Assembly: GCA_021158465.1 (NCBI GenBank)
Contig: JAGGUN010000019.1
Location: forward strand, 82,796 to 146,795
DNA: 64,000 bases
Reading direction: 5' to 3'
Source of the DNA: a bacterium
GTDB lineage: Bacteria > UBP14 > UBA6098 > 4484-93
In this document: positions 18,219-28,306 of the stretch, piece after piece
Position numbering within the stretch: the stretch's first letter is position 1
Layout of the letters: each line of letters begins with the position of its first letter
Made by a program: the position numbers and the translations under genes
The notes under the pieces: generated by a model
Seen by the model: only the letters and a program-made list of their open reading frames with translations
The model's database searches: none
What the model was told of the DNA's origin: nothing

Positions 18219-19355
18219 TCAGAAATCTGAAAGTATCGCCTCTTTTACCTCTCTGTCCACATTGAGGATGTCCTCAAGGGATGGGTTATCCTTCGATTTG
18301 TGCTCACCAAGAGCCTTCTCGATTATCCTGAAGATATCCGAAAAGCGGATCCTCCCATCGAGGAAAAGGGAAACCGCCGCTTCGTTTGCAGCATTGAGAC
18401 AGGCAGGATATGTTCCGCCCTTCTTCAGTGACATATATGCAAAATCGAGTGATGGGAATCGTCCTCTATCTGGTGGGTAGAATGTCAGGTGTCCCAGCTC
18501 ATCGAGGTTTAGTTTTTTGATTGGGGATGGGAATCTTGCCGGGTATGTGATGGCATACTGGATGGCGAGTCGCATATCTGGCAGAGACATCTGGGCTATC
18601 TGTGAATGGTCGATGAACTCGACAATTGAATGGACTATCGACTGTGGATGTATGAGCACCTCTATCTGCTCCGGTGGAACATCGAAGAGATAGTGTGCCT
18701 CGATAATCTCGAGCCCCTTGTTCATCATCGTTGCCGAATCCACCGAGATTTTTCTCCCCATAGACCAGGTCGGATGAGAGATAGCCTCATCGACCGTTAC
18801 ACTGCCGAAATCCACATCCTTATTCCAGAGAGGTCCTCCAGATGCCGTCAGGATGAGCCGAGCCACCTCCTTCTGCTTTCCTGCAAATAGCCCTTGAAAG
18901 ATGGCAGAATGCTCCGAGTCAATAGGCAGAAGTTCTCCACCTTGCTTTGCTGCCTCTTTGAAAAGGGGACCAGCTGCCACCAGCGATTCCTTGTTCGCCA
19001 GACACAACCTCTTCCCCATTTTGAGCGTAGTAAGCCCTGGCAGGAGACCTGCTGTTCCGGTGATTGCGTTAATAACTGTATCGCAATCTGTTTCCTCAAG
19101 CATACGCAGGACTCCGTCGTTACCACAGAATACCCGCGGGAATATGGACCTAAAATCCTCACAGGCGGAGGCGTCTACGATGGCGACGAGGTCGGGCGAA
19201 AACTCTTCTACCTGCTCCATCAGAAGCTCGGTATTTCTGTTTACGGCAAGCCCGACCACACGAACAGGATACCCCTTATGATTGAGAAATCTAACAACAT
19301 CTAAGCTCTGGCGTCCGATAGAGCCTGTGCTACCCAGGAGCAATACCTTTCTCAT
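18219..19355 (-). CDS. dxr: 1-deoxy-D-xylulose 5-phosphate reductoisomerase.
   Basis: N-terminal NADPH-binding motif MRKVLLLGSTGSIGRQSLDVV. Hallmark DSEHSAIFQ motif. Length about 380 aa. The start is set at the internal ATG (MRKVLLLG) rather than the ORF track's upstream extension. Confidence 0.9.
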   Translation of the reverse strand: MRKVLLLGSTGSIGRQSLDVVRFLNHKGYPVRVVGLAVNRNTELLMEQVEEFSPDLVAIVDASACEDFRSIFPRVFCGNDGVLRMLEETDCDTVINAITGTAGLLPGLTTLKMGKRLCLANKESLVAAGPLFKEAAKQGGELLPIDSEHSAIFQGLFAGKQKEVARLILTASGGPLWNKDVDFGSVTVDEAISHPTWSMGRKISVDSATMMNKGLEIIEAHYLFDVPPEQIEVLIHPQSIVHSIVEFIDHSQIAQMSLPDMRLAIQYAITYPARFPSPIKKLNLDELGHLTFYPPDRGRFPSLDFAYMSLKKGGTYPACLNAANEAAVSLFLDGRIRFSDIFRIIEKALGEHKSKDNPSLEDILNVDREVKEAILSDF

Positions 19356-19447
19356 CTTAAGCAAATTTAAGGTAATCCTGATGGAAATCAACATAAAAAA
19401 ATCGCACAAGCAGTCGATAACCCAGATTAGAAGCAGAGGAGGAAGGT

Positions 19448-20272
19448 ATGCAACGCGACGAAGATTTTGTCCACAAGCTGGTCTGGCTCCCGGAAGGTCA
19501 CAGGAGATTGTGGGATCTCCTTGAAACCCTGAACGATAAGAATCTTCTTAAAATAAGCCTTGATAACTTCTTTCCTAAAGGAAACTTCTACCGAGCAAGG
19601 TTTCTTGAGTTTCTGAGGTTTCGTGGGAAGAATGTAGATAACATCATATTAAATGGTAACTTGTATAACATCGCATCAAAGAATGAGTTAAGGAATGCGG
19701 TTTATTTCCTTTTATTGACTGACATTCTCTTTGATAAGCCGTTACCTCTCAACAAGCCGGAGTTTATCCGTCATTCCCTTAAGGTTGCTCTTCTCTGTGA
19801 GATGCTCATAGAGCTTACAGGAGATGTAGGATACTCGGATTCAGAGAGTTTTGCAGCTGGGCTTTCCCATGATATCGGTGTAATTCTGCTTGCGGGGAAT
19901 TTTCCTGAGCGCTACAAAAGGGCGTTTGGGCACTCGATTATGCTACAGATACCTATGTATGTATCGGAGAGGGAAATATTCGGCTTTGACCATGGCGTGG
20001 TCGGTGGGTGGTTCCTGCAAAACAGGGAACTCCCTCGCTGGATTGTTGACGCTGCAAGGTTTCATCACGATCCTGAGAAATCACCAAAATCAACCAGAAA
20101 GCTTGTCTCTTTGGTTGCCTACGCCAATGAACTTGCCAAGCGCGGAATATATAGCCTCGTCGAAACGAGAGAACACAAGTCCTATCTTCCCACCTCCGTA
20201 GAGCAGGAGCTTATTTCGCGGTCGGAGACGCTTCTCTGTCGGTTCGATCAGGGTATGAGGAAGGTCTCCTGA
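19448..20272 (+). CDS. HDOD (HD-related output domain) signalling protein.
   Basis: GLSHDIGVILLAGNFPERY...FGFDHGVVGGWFLQNRELPRWIVDAARFHHDP is typical of HDOD domains. RBS GGAGGAAGG upstream. Confidence 0.6.
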   Translation: MQRDEDFVHKLVWLPEGHRRLWDLLETLNDKNLLKISLDNFFPKGNFYRARFLEFLRFRGKNVDNIILNGNLYNIASKNELRNAVYFLLLTDILFDKPLPLNKPEFIRHSLKVALLCEMLIELTGDVGYSDSESFAAGLSHDIGVILLAGNFPERYKRAFGHSIMLQIPMYVSEREIFGFDHGVVGGWFLQNRELPRWIVDAARFHHDPEKSPKSTRKLVSLVAYANELAKRGIYSLVETREHKSYLPTSVEQELISRSETLLCRFDQGMRKVS

Positions 20273-20275
20273 TTG

Positions 20276-22183
20276 TTACCTCATTACAACAAACCTTGAG
20301 AATACTTTTCTATTTCCTTCTTTTGCGACAGCAAGATATACTCCAGATGGATACCGCGAAACATCCAATGCTGTTTTATATACTACATCTGGTATTGTTT
20401 CCATTATCTTGCCAAGCTCGTTGTATATCAGCACATTCACCGGGCTTCTTGCGTTGACCTCGATATTTACAGTTGGGTTTGCCGGATTTGGGAAGACAGA
20501 GATGGACAGTTCAGGAATAGATGTTTGTGGCTCTTCCACACCAGGCTCCACAAAGCGGTAAGCCTTGATAATCTCCTTGTTTGGGTCGAGGGTCACCGAC
20601 ATCATCCTGTCAGAGAAGATATACTCGAGATGAGTGGTTCGCTCAGTAATAAACTCTCTATGTATCTCGCTGGAGGTCGTCGATGATATCCTTATATCGA
20701 GGTATGTCTGGAAGATAGGTCCATGCTCCTGAATCTGTGTGATGTCCACATACACCGTGTCGCTCGACTGGTAAGCAGAATACTGGAAAAACGGATACCC
20801 CACATCAAACACCCATTCGTCAAAGAACCAGCTCATATCCTCACCTGTGACATCGTTAACAAGCTCGATAAGGTCATATGTTGTAACGGTGGAGTATTTA
20901 TTCTCTTCATAGTATCTGTGCAGGAGCTCAAAGAAGAGGGAATCTCCTATGGTGTAGCGTAACATATGGATAATCATTGCTCCCTTGTAATAGACCGTAT
21001 AGCCGAGGTAGACATCGGGGTCGTAGACAGGGAATATCCCTTCTTCATCCTCGAAGGCTATGTAATCGTTTACCAGCCTTCGTCGCATCTCGCGGGCGTA
21101 GATCTCGCCCCTATTGAACTGATGGTATAATAGCTCGGAGTAGACTGCCATTCCCTCGTTGAGCCAGAAATCTCGCCAGTCAGCTATTCCAACAGCGTTC
21201 CCCCACCACTGGTGCGAGAACTCGTGAACAAACACCGATTGGTAATGTCCCATGCCAGTTATGAGGGAATCGGAGAGAAAAACTATATCCTGATGCTCCA
21301 TTCCGCCTATCCAAGTGGGCAAAGCCACGAGCACCTGTCCAAACTTGTCAAACGGATACTCTCCAAAATCGGCGATAAAAAGCGATTCCACATATTCGAC
21401 AACACTCAAGTCATCATAGACCAACTCGACCATCGATGGAGGAAAATGGTACGAGAATATATTCCCTGTCTCCGATGTGTCCACGATCGTCTCAAAATTA
21501 CCACTGGCAAAGCATATATTGTATGTGCATATAGGATAATTCTCCTCCCATCTGTATCTTGTTGCCCCCGGGAGATACTCGACTTCTGTAAGAACGCCGT
21601 TGCTTACAAGGATCTCATCTTCTGGGACTATCACCTCGACGGTAGATCTTGCCTTATCCTTGGGGTGGTCAACACACGGAAAGAGGTAGCGTGCGTTGGA
21701 TGGCCACGATAGAGTGAATGTTGAAAGGTCTCCAAACCTGCCAGCCTGACGGTAGAAATAAGCCCTCGTTGGTGTAGCAGAGTAGAAGATGTCATAGACA
21801 AGGGTATCACCGGCGGCATAATACCTATCCAAAGCAAATCTAATTGAAGCAGAGTCCTGCGTGAAGCTCACCTCGGAGTCGACCTCGGCATCGTGGAACA
21901 GAACCGAATCTATCGTGAGACTGCAGGCGTCGAAGACAACACTCTCCACAAGGTAGGCTGTCATAACAATGGTAATCTTTGCTTCCCCAATAATTGAGCC
22001 GGGGAGGGACACAATGTCAAACTTGAGGTCATACTCCACAACATCGTATTCTTCCAACGGGTTTGCAGCGGACGGTGCCGGTAGATAGACATCCGTCTTC
22101 TCAATTGGCGCCCAAGGGTTGCCCCAAACAGCTCCTGCAATCGATAACAAGAATAAAACCGCCATCAATCCTTTCATACTCAC
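20276..22183 (-). CDS. Secreted M1-family zinc aminopeptidase (aminopeptidase N-like) with a T9SS type-A C-terminal sorting domain.
   Basis: Signal peptide MSMKGLMAVLFLLSIAGAVWG. Gluzincin motif VFVHEFSHQWWGNAV...WLNEGMAVY (HExxH followed by E). The C-terminal tail (VFPNPANPTVNIEVN...VLIYNELGKIM...SGVYLAVAKEGNRKVFSRFVVMR) matches the Por secretion tail pattern. Confidence 0.85.
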   Translation of the reverse strand: MSMKGLMAVLFLLSIAGAVWGNPWAPIEKTDVYLPAPSAANPLEEYDVVEYDLKFDIVSLPGSIIGEAKITIVMTAYLVESVVFDACSLTIDSVLFHDAEVDSEVSFTQDSASIRFALDRYYAAGDTLVYDIFYSATPTRAYFYRQAGRFGDLSTFTLSWPSNARYLFPCVDHPKDKARSTVEVIVPEDEILVSNGVLTEVEYLPGATRYRWEENYPICTYNICFASGNFETIVDTSETGNIFSYHFPPSMVELVYDDLSVVEYVESLFIADFGEYPFDKFGQVLVALPTWIGGMEHQDIVFLSDSLITGMGHYQSVFVHEFSHQWWGNAVGIADWRDFWLNEGMAVYSELLYHQFNRGEIYAREMRRRLVNDYIAFEDEEGIFPVYDPDVYLGYTVYYKGAMIIHMLRYTIGDSLFFELLHRYYEENKYSTVTTYDLIELVNDVTGEDMSWFFDEWVFDVGYPFFQYSAYQSSDTVYVDITQIQEHGPIFQTYLDIRISSTTSSEIHREFITERTTHLEYIFSDRMMSVTLDPNKEIIKAYRFVEPGVEEPQTSIPELSISVFPNPANPTVNIEVNARSPVNVLIYNELGKIMETIPDVVYKTALDVSRYPSGVYLAVAKEGNRKVFSRFVVMR

Positions 22184-23118
22184 TACCTCCTTTTAATCTC
22201 GTCATATTTCTCATAGATTATTTTCAGGATGACCTGCCCCACCTTCTCGAGGCTCTCAGGTGAACATTTGTCCGGTGTGTCCTGCGATGTATGCCACCAA
22301 GGGTAATCGAAGTCGATTATGTCCACCGTCTTTATCCCCGCCTCGTTCAGTGGAAGATGGTCATCGATGATGTATTCGTCCATCTTCTTATTCTCAAATT
22401 CCTCTATCCCGAGCTCCTCAGCTGTCTTCCAGATAAGGTCCACCACATCCGATGCATACTTGAGTGAATACCTTTCCTTCTTTATAGAAAGGTCCTTATC
22501 GCCTACCATATCAAGCAAGATACCGAACCTTGCTCTGTATCCGCCGAGATTCCGAGCGAAGTAGCGCGAGCCAAGAAGGTAATTGTCGTAGTCACCCTCG
22601 TAACCATAGTCCTCAGCATCAAACAGGACAATGTCAACCCCAATAGGAGGAGGTTTTTTGTGCATAATCTCTGCCAAACGCATAAGTATTGCAACGCCGG
22701 AGGCACCATCGTTTGCTCCGGGAGTCGGTGTATCGACATTCGCCGAGTCAGGGTCGTTCTCTGACCTGGGACGGGTATCCCAGTGGGCGCAGAGAAGTAT
22801 CCTATCCTTATCCTCCGGACGAAATGAAATGATAAAGTTCGTGCTTGGAAAGAACTGTCCATTATACCCCAGAAAAGAGAACCTCTGCAACTTTACATTC
22901 TTGCAATACTTCTGGAAAAACCCTCTAAAGAAATCTACTGCCTTTTCGTGTCCCTCGCTTCCTGGTTCCCTTGTCCCGAGCTCAACCTGGGCAGTAAGGT
23001 ATTCATACGCTATATCCCCACCAAAGCTTGGAGCTTCTTTCTTTGCTTTTTTGCTGCACCCTGAAACAAGAAACACCGCTGATACAAAAATCAGCAGTCT
23101 CCTCATTCTTTGACCCAC
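22183..23118 (-). CDS. M28-family zinc peptidase (aminopeptidase-like) lipoprotein.
   Basis: Lipoprotein signal (LLIFVSAVFLVSGCSKK). M28 motifs (LLCAHWDTRP, DGASGVAILMRLAEIM, DIVLFDAEDYGYEG). Its stop overlaps the start of the downstream M1 peptidase gene by one base, which implies translational coupling. Confidence 0.75.
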   Translation of the reverse strand: MGQRMRRLLIFVSAVFLVSGCSKKAKKEAPSFGGDIAYEYLTAQVELGTREPGSEGHEKAVDFFRGFFQKYCKNVKLQRFSFLGYNGQFFPSTNFIISFRPEDKDRILLCAHWDTRPRSENDPDSANVDTPTPGANDGASGVAILMRLAEIMHKKPPPIGVDIVLFDAEDYGYEGDYDNYLLGSRYFARNLGGYRARFGILLDMVGDKDLSIKKERYSLKYASDVVDLIWKTAEELGIEEFENKKMDEYIIDDHLPLNEAGIKTVDIIDFDYPWWHTSQDTPDKCSPESLEKVGQVILKIIYEKYDEIKRR

Positions 23119-23141
23119 CTGGGAATTAATGTTGAAATATC

Positions 23142-23153
23142 TTGAAATTTCAA
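23142..23153. promoter_or_regulatory. Perfect 12-bp palindrome TTGAAATTTCAA in the divergent intergenic region between the M28 peptidase and glycosyltransferase genes. Candidate operator.
   Basis: Read directly from the sequence. The palindrome sits inside a 78-nt divergent promoter region (23119-23196). Confidence 0.2.
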
Positions 23154-23196
23154 TATATTAAATTGTTTTGATTTCGCAATACCAAAAAGAGCTTTT

Positions 23197-24315
23197 ATGG
23201 GGAAATCTGTTTGCATATTGACATCAACACACCCAGCAACGGATGTGCGGGTTTTCTACCGGGAGGCGAGAACCTTAGCGAAACGGGGTTTCCAGGTCAG
23301 TGTATTCGCCGATTGGGATAGGGAGGAGAACAGAGATGGAGTGAGAATTTATCCTGTCAGGAAGCCGAAGAACCGTTTTGTCCGAATACTTTTGCTGTAT
23401 CGCTTCCTTATAAAGGGGCTTTCTTACCCTGCTGATATCTATCATTTTCACGAACTGGAGCTTGTTCCGTTTATGATAATCCTGAGGATGCTCTCCAGGA
23501 AGCCTGTCATCTTCGACATTCACGAGGATTTTGAGGTGCAGTATAGAAAGGCTCGCTGGCTTGTTGGGCGACCGATGAGGTCCTTTCTTGTATCGACATC
23601 GAGACTGCTTCTCTTCATCTCCCGCGTATTTGATGGAACAGTTCTCGCTTTCGACTACCGAAAGAGATACCTCTTCGACGAGAAACCGCTCTGTGTACTT
23701 AGGAACTATCCAATAAAGGATATGTTCTCCCGCTTTCCGGCCTCTGAGGATGAAAAAGGCGATTATGTTCTTTATACGGGTAGCATCTCACGGCGCAGGG
23801 GGATAGAGGAGATGATAGAAGCGGTTCGCATAGCGAGCAAGGAGGTAGATGTAAAACTTCTCCTCCTTGGCAAGCCGATTGAAGCAGGAATACTTCCGCT
23901 TCTCGAAGCGAATAGAGATATTGTGGACTACAGAGGCTTCTTTGATTGGAAGAAAGCAGTGGAAATCTATCGTATAGCAAAAGCTGGATTGTACATCGTC
24001 CATCCGACTCCTGGACTCTCCGGGAACCTCCCGAATAAGGTATTCGAGTATATGGCTATGGGCATACCTATAATTGCATCTGGAGAAGAGAGCTGGAGAC
24101 GGTACATAGAGGAGACAGATTCAGGTTTCATCATTGATGGCTTTGAACCGACTTGCTACGCGGAAAAAATTGTGTATCTTCTTAAGAACAAGGACGAAGC
24201 GAAACGGCTCGGCGCAAACGGGAGATATGCGTTTGAGACACGTTTCAACTGGGAGGTAGAATCGAAGAAGCTGCTGTCGCTCTACCACAGGATACTCAAA
24301 GGAGAAGGTGTATGA
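23197..24315 (+). CDS. Family 4 (GT-B fold) glycosyltransferase.
   Basis: C-terminal GT1/GT4 signature (NKVFEYMAMGIPIIASGEESWRRYIEETDSGFII). N-terminal GT4-like region (CILTSTHPATDVRVFYREARTLAKRGFQV). Confidence 0.75.
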   Translation: MGKSVCILTSTHPATDVRVFYREARTLAKRGFQVSVFADWDREENRDGVRIYPVRKPKNRFVRILLLYRFLIKGLSYPADIYHFHELELVPFMIILRMLSRKPVIFDIHEDFEVQYRKARWLVGRPMRSFLVSTSRLLLFISRVFDGTVLAFDYRKRYLFDEKPLCVLRNYPIKDMFSRFPASEDEKGDYVLYTGSISRRRGIEEMIEAVRIASKEVDVKLLLLGKPIEAGILPLLEANRDIVDYRGFFDWKKAVEIYRIAKAGLYIVHPTPGLSGNLPNKVFEYMAMGIPIIASGEESWRRYIEETDSGFIIDGFEPTCYAEKIVYLLKNKDEAKRLGANGRYAFETRFNWEVESKKLLSLYHRILKGEGV

Positions 24316-24986
24316 CCAGAAGGTTTATAGTTGGTCTTCTTTTGCTTCTGATCTCTGTTGGAAGCGTCTTCTCAGAGGAAGAAGCAGGTCAGAATAGGGT
24401 GACAATTGCCCGCTTGAAGTACAGTGGCGGAGGAGACTGGTACTATGGTCCAACACAGCTTCCCAACCTAATTGATTTCATTCGTGAGAATAGCAACATC
24501 CCGGCGTACTATAACGGGAAATATGTTGAGCTCACCGACGACGACCTGTTTAACTATCCGATCCTATATATGACGGGACACGGTAGGATAAAGCTGAGTG
24601 ACAAGGAGATAGAGCGCCTCCGGGAGTATCTCGAAGACGGAGGGTTCTTGCTTGCCAACGATGACTATGGACTTGACAAATCCTTCAGGGAAATGGTAAA
24701 AAGGCTGTTCCCGAATAAGGAACTGGTTGAGCTACCGTTCTCCCATGAGATATACCATTGCTTCTATGATTTTCCGAACGGTCTCCCAAAGATACACGAA
24801 CATGACGGCAATCCCCCACAGGGATTTGGTGTTTTTTGTGGCGGAAGGCTTGTTATCTTCTACGACCACGAATCGGACATCGGCGACGGCTGGGAGGACC
24901 CGAATGTCTACAACGACCCGGAAGAGAAGCGTGAGGCAGCGTTGAAGATGGGGTTGAACATAGTATTTTACGCTCTAACACATTGA
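24312..24986 (+). CDS. Secreted protein, DUF4159-like.
   Basis: Signal peptide MTRRFIVGLLLLLISVGSVFS. Segments IARLKYSGGGDWYYGP...NYPILYMTGHGRIKLSDKEIERLREYLEDGGFLLANDDYG resemble the DUF4159 family as I remember it. Proteins of that family often occur near MoxR/VWA/Bat loci. The assignment is from memory only. Confidence 0.45.
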   Translation: MTRRFIVGLLLLLISVGSVFSEEEAGQNRVTIARLKYSGGGDWYYGPTQLPNLIDFIRENSNIPAYYNGKYVELTDDDLFNYPILYMTGHGRIKLSDKEIERLREYLEDGGFLLANDDYGLDKSFREMVKRLFPNKELVELPFSHEIYHCFYDFPNGLPKIHEHDGNPPQGFGVFCGGRLVIFYDHESDIGDGWEDPNVYNDPEEKREAALKMGLNIVFYALTH

Positions 24987-27900
24987 TGCAAATGAAAATA
25001 ACAGAAATACTTAAAGCGGGTCAAGAGAAAATTGCTATAGCAAATGCTATTTTCGGCACATCCCTGTTTTTAACCACTGTTACCTCTGGCTTCGTTCTCT
25101 TCATTATACTTAACTCCATTGTCTTCTTCTCAAAAACTGCAACATCTATATATTTCTTTCTGTGGATTGCGCTTTCCGCTGTCTCATTTCTCTTTTTCGT
25201 CGTTCTACCGCTTATCCGCAGGGTATCATTTCGGGAGGTTGCTATCCGCTTCGAGAGAGCCTTTCCGCATCTTAAGAACCGGCTCATCTCTGCTTGGGAC
25301 CTTGTCTCGATGGACACAGAGTCGCTTGGATACTCGCAGGGGCTCATCGACCGTGTTGTCGAGGAAGCGGAGGCTCAGCTCCAATCCCTCGATCCAAGAA
25401 AACTTGTCTCCCTCCAGAGAATAGGGCAAGGTTTTATGCGGTTCTTTCTTTCGGTGCTCGTTATTCTCCTGGTATTTTTCGTATCGCCTCTCTCGTTTCA
25501 TAACGGGGTTTTAAGGCTATTCCACCCGTTCGAAAGCGTCACAAAACCGCTCGCAACAACAGCCGTTGTCTCCCCAGGTGATACCACCGTCACCAAGTTC
25601 TCGAATCTGACGATACAGGTTAAGACATCCGGCAAGCTCCCGCGGAGGGTATCACTCTTCCGCAAGGTCGAAAGCGGGAAGCTCATCGAGTTCCTATTTC
25701 GGCAAACAGACGAAGGAAGGTTCCAGTATAGGTTCGAGCATATAAATACCCCGTTCACATATTTTGTCAGGGCGAACGACTATATATCCCCAGTCTATAC
25801 TGTGAATGTGGTGGACAAACCGAGGGTGATAGACATAAAGCTCACGCTTCAACCTCCCGGATACACCGGCTTCCCGAGGGAGACCATCGACGAGAACGAT
25901 GGAAATATAGATTGTATAAAGGGGACCTATGTTCGATTGGAGATACTGACCAGTAAGAATATCACGGATGGATGGCTCGTATTCGACAAGGGGGACAGCT
26001 TGTCTATGGCGGTATCAGGACGCACCGCTGATGCTTCCTTCAGGGTTATGAGTTCAGGTAGCTACTTCATCCATGTAGTAGATGAGGATGGAAACCACAA
26101 CGAGGAACCGATCGTCTATTACATTCATGCCAGCACAGACGAACCCCCTCTTGTCTCGATAGAAAGACCAGGTGTTGATGTCGACATAACAGAGGATATG
26201 CTCCTTCCTATCACCATCCGTGGCACTGACGACTTCGGCTTTTCATCGTTCTACCTTTTCTGGAGTGTGAAAGGAGACACAGGCTATCAAAAGCTCCCGT
26301 TCAACCTGTTCGGTGAGAAGGAAGTGATGTTCGACTATGTCTGGAAACTTACCCCGCTCGGACTTCTGCCAAACGATGTCGCTACCTACTGGGTCACCGC
26401 ATATGACAACGACAATGTCTCTGGTCCGAAGATGGCAGAGAGCAAGCATTTCTCTGTTAGGTTCCCGTCGCTTGAAGAGATAGCTGAAAATCTGGTAAAG
26501 GAGCAGGAGGAAATAGGAAAAACCGTTCAGGATGTCTCGAGCTCGGAAGAGGATATGATAGAAAAAATGAAGAACCTCACCAAGGAACTCCAGCAGGTGC
26601 AGGAGAAGACACCATGGGAGAAAAAGGAGGAGTTGCAAGATATTCTGAAGAAACAAGAAAAGGCAATCGAGAAGCTCGAAGAGGTGTCCCAAAAGATATC
26701 AGAGGTATCAGAGAAGATAGAGAAGAACAGGCTTGCAACCTTATCCATCCTTGAGAAGATGGCGGAGATCCGGCAGATACTCGAGGATATAGCAACCCCC
26801 GAGATGCGTGAGGCGATGCAGAAACTTCAGCAAGCTCTCGAGAGCATGTCTCCTGAGATGCTTCGTGATGCTATGAAAAGGTTTCAGATCTCGCAGGAGG
26901 AGATGCTCCGGAAACTTGACAGAACACTCTCACTGTTGAAAAGGATACAGATAGAGCAACGCTTAAAAAACCTGACAGAGCTTGCATCTCGTCTTGCCGA
27001 ACAGCAGAAGAAGATAAACGATGAGCTGGCAAACTCGTCATTATCTGCCCTCGAGCGCCAGAGACTAAAACGGGAGGAAGAAAAGCTTAAGCAGGAGTTT
27101 GAAAGGGTAAAGGGTGAGGTGGAAAACCTCGCCGATATGATGAGTGAATTCCCTGATATGCCTTCGGAGGAACTGGACAAGCTTTCAAAGGAGCTCGATG
27201 CTGAGAACCTCTCTTGGCAGATGCAGGAGATGGCAAACCAGATTCCAGAATCTCCCAAGGGGGCTCGCAAGAGGGGAGCCGGTATACAGAAGGCTCTGGA
27301 GAAGCTTGCAGAGAAGCTGAAGGGAATACAGGATATGATGCAAAGTATGATGCTTGCCGCTCTGGACGCAGATATGAGGGAAGCAATCCTCTCACTGTTC
27401 TTACTCTCCAACAAGCAAGAGCAGGTATACACACAGCTTGCTGTTTTACCTCGGCAGGATGAAAAACTCCAGCAACTCGCCAGGGAAGAGGGAAAGATAG
27501 GAGAGATGCTGAAGCGCGTCACAGATGAGATTATGGAAATATCAGGGAAGACGGTATTCCTTACGAGCGGGGTCGCAAAAAGCCTTGGACTCGCCATCGA
27601 ACGGGTGGAATCAGCCGCAAGGGAAACCGCTATGAACCGCAACCCGCGTGATGGTGCTAAAAACTCAGTGGAGGCACTTGCCTATATAAATCAGGCGATC
27701 GAGCTCTTAATGCGTTCGAGGGAAAAAATGGCGAACTCATCATCGGCGACAGGTGCCGAGCAGTTCTTCCAACAGATGCAGAGCCTGTGCAACAGACAGC
27801 AGGGATTGAACCAGAATATGATGATGCTATTCGGACCAAACGGTGCTCAGGGGCAACTCACTATGGAACAGCAGGCAGCTTTGCAAAGATTGGCTGCCGA

Positions 27901-28306
27901 GCAACGGGCAATAAAGGAGGCACTTGAAGAGCTGGAAAAAGAATACGGAGAGCGCGAAAATCTTTTGGGCGATCTCAGCGAGATTGCAAAGGAAATGCAG
28001 GAAGTTATTGAGAGGATGAAGAGTAAGAATGTTGACCAGCAGCTAATCGAGAAGCAGGAGCATATACTATCCCGAATGCTCGACGCGCAGCGCTCCATCC
28101 ACAAGAAGGACTATACAGAAAAGAGAGAAGCTCGCACAGGTAAAGATATTGTCAGAAAAAGCCCCCCAGAAGTCAGCCTAACCGAGCAGGAAAATTGGAT
28201 AAGAACCGAAATGATGAAAGCCCTAAGTTCCAAATATCCAAGAGAATACGAAGAGATTATAAAAGCTTACTTTAAAGCATTACTGGAATCGCGAGGAAAA
28301 GAATGA
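24983..28306 (+). CDS. Large (1107 aa) membrane protein: three N-terminal transmembrane helices, a beta-rich middle domain, and a C-terminal coiled-coil region of about 600 aa. Possibly a DUF4175-like partner of DUF4159.
   Basis: Hydrophobic helices at residues about 25-50, 60-85 and 150-172. A long heptad-like, Glu/Lys/Gln/Leu-rich C-terminal half. Translationally coupled to the upstream DUF4159-like gene (4-nt overlap) and to the downstream TPR gene. Confidence 0.6.
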   Translation: MMQMKITEILKAGQEKIAIANAIFGTSLFLTTVTSGFVLFIILNSIVFFSKTATSIYFFLWIALSAVSFLFFVVLPLIRRVSFREVAIRFERAFPHLKNRLISAWDLVSMDTESLGYSQGLIDRVVEEAEAQLQSLDPRKLVSLQRIGQGFMRFFLSVLVILLVFFVSPLSFHNGVLRLFHPFESVTKPLATTAVVSPGDTTVTKFSNLTIQVKTSGKLPRRVSLFRKVESGKLIEFLFRQTDEGRFQYRFEHINTPFTYFVRANDYISPVYTVNVVDKPRVIDIKLTLQPPGYTGFPRETIDENDGNIDCIKGTYVRLEILTSKNITDGWLVFDKGDSLSMAVSGRTADASFRVMSSGSYFIHVVDEDGNHNEEPIVYYIHASTDEPPLVSIERPGVDVDITEDMLLPITIRGTDDFGFSSFYLFWSVKGDTGYQKLPFNLFGEKEVMFDYVWKLTPLGLLPNDVATYWVTAYDNDNVSGPKMAESKHFSVRFPSLEEIAENLVKEQEEIGKTVQDVSSSEEDMIEKMKNLTKELQQVQEKTPWEKKEELQDILKKQEKAIEKLEEVSQKISEVSEKIEKNRLATLSILEKMAEIRQILEDIATPEMREAMQKLQQALESMSPEMLRDAMKRFQISQEEMLRKLDRTLSLLKRIQIEQRLKNLTELASRLAEQQKKINDELANSSLSALERQRLKREEEKLKQEFERVKGEVENLADMMSEFPDMPSEELDKLSKELDAENLSWQMQEMANQIPESPKGARKRGAGIQKALEKLAEKLKGIQDMMQSMMLAALDADMREAILSLFLLSNKQEQVYTQLAVLPRQDEKLQQLAREEGKIGEMLKRVTDEIMEISGKTVFLTSGVAKSLGLAIERVESAARETAMNRNPRDGAKNSVEALAYINQAIELLMRSREKMANSSSATGAEQFFQQMQSLCNRQQGLNQNMMMLFGPNGAQGQLTMEQQAALQRLAAEQRAIKEALEELEKEYGERENLLGDLSEIAKEMQEVIERMKSKNVDQQLIEKQEHILSRMLDAQRSIHKKDYTEKREARTGKDIVRKSPPEVSLTEQENWIRTEMMKALSSKYPREYEEIIKAYFKALLESRGKE

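Noticed and set aside
26884-27642. 252-aa Ser-rich minus-strand ORF
   Set aside because: It is the antisense of the Glu/Lys/Leu-rich coiled-coil region of the 1107-aa gene, a typical mirror ORF.
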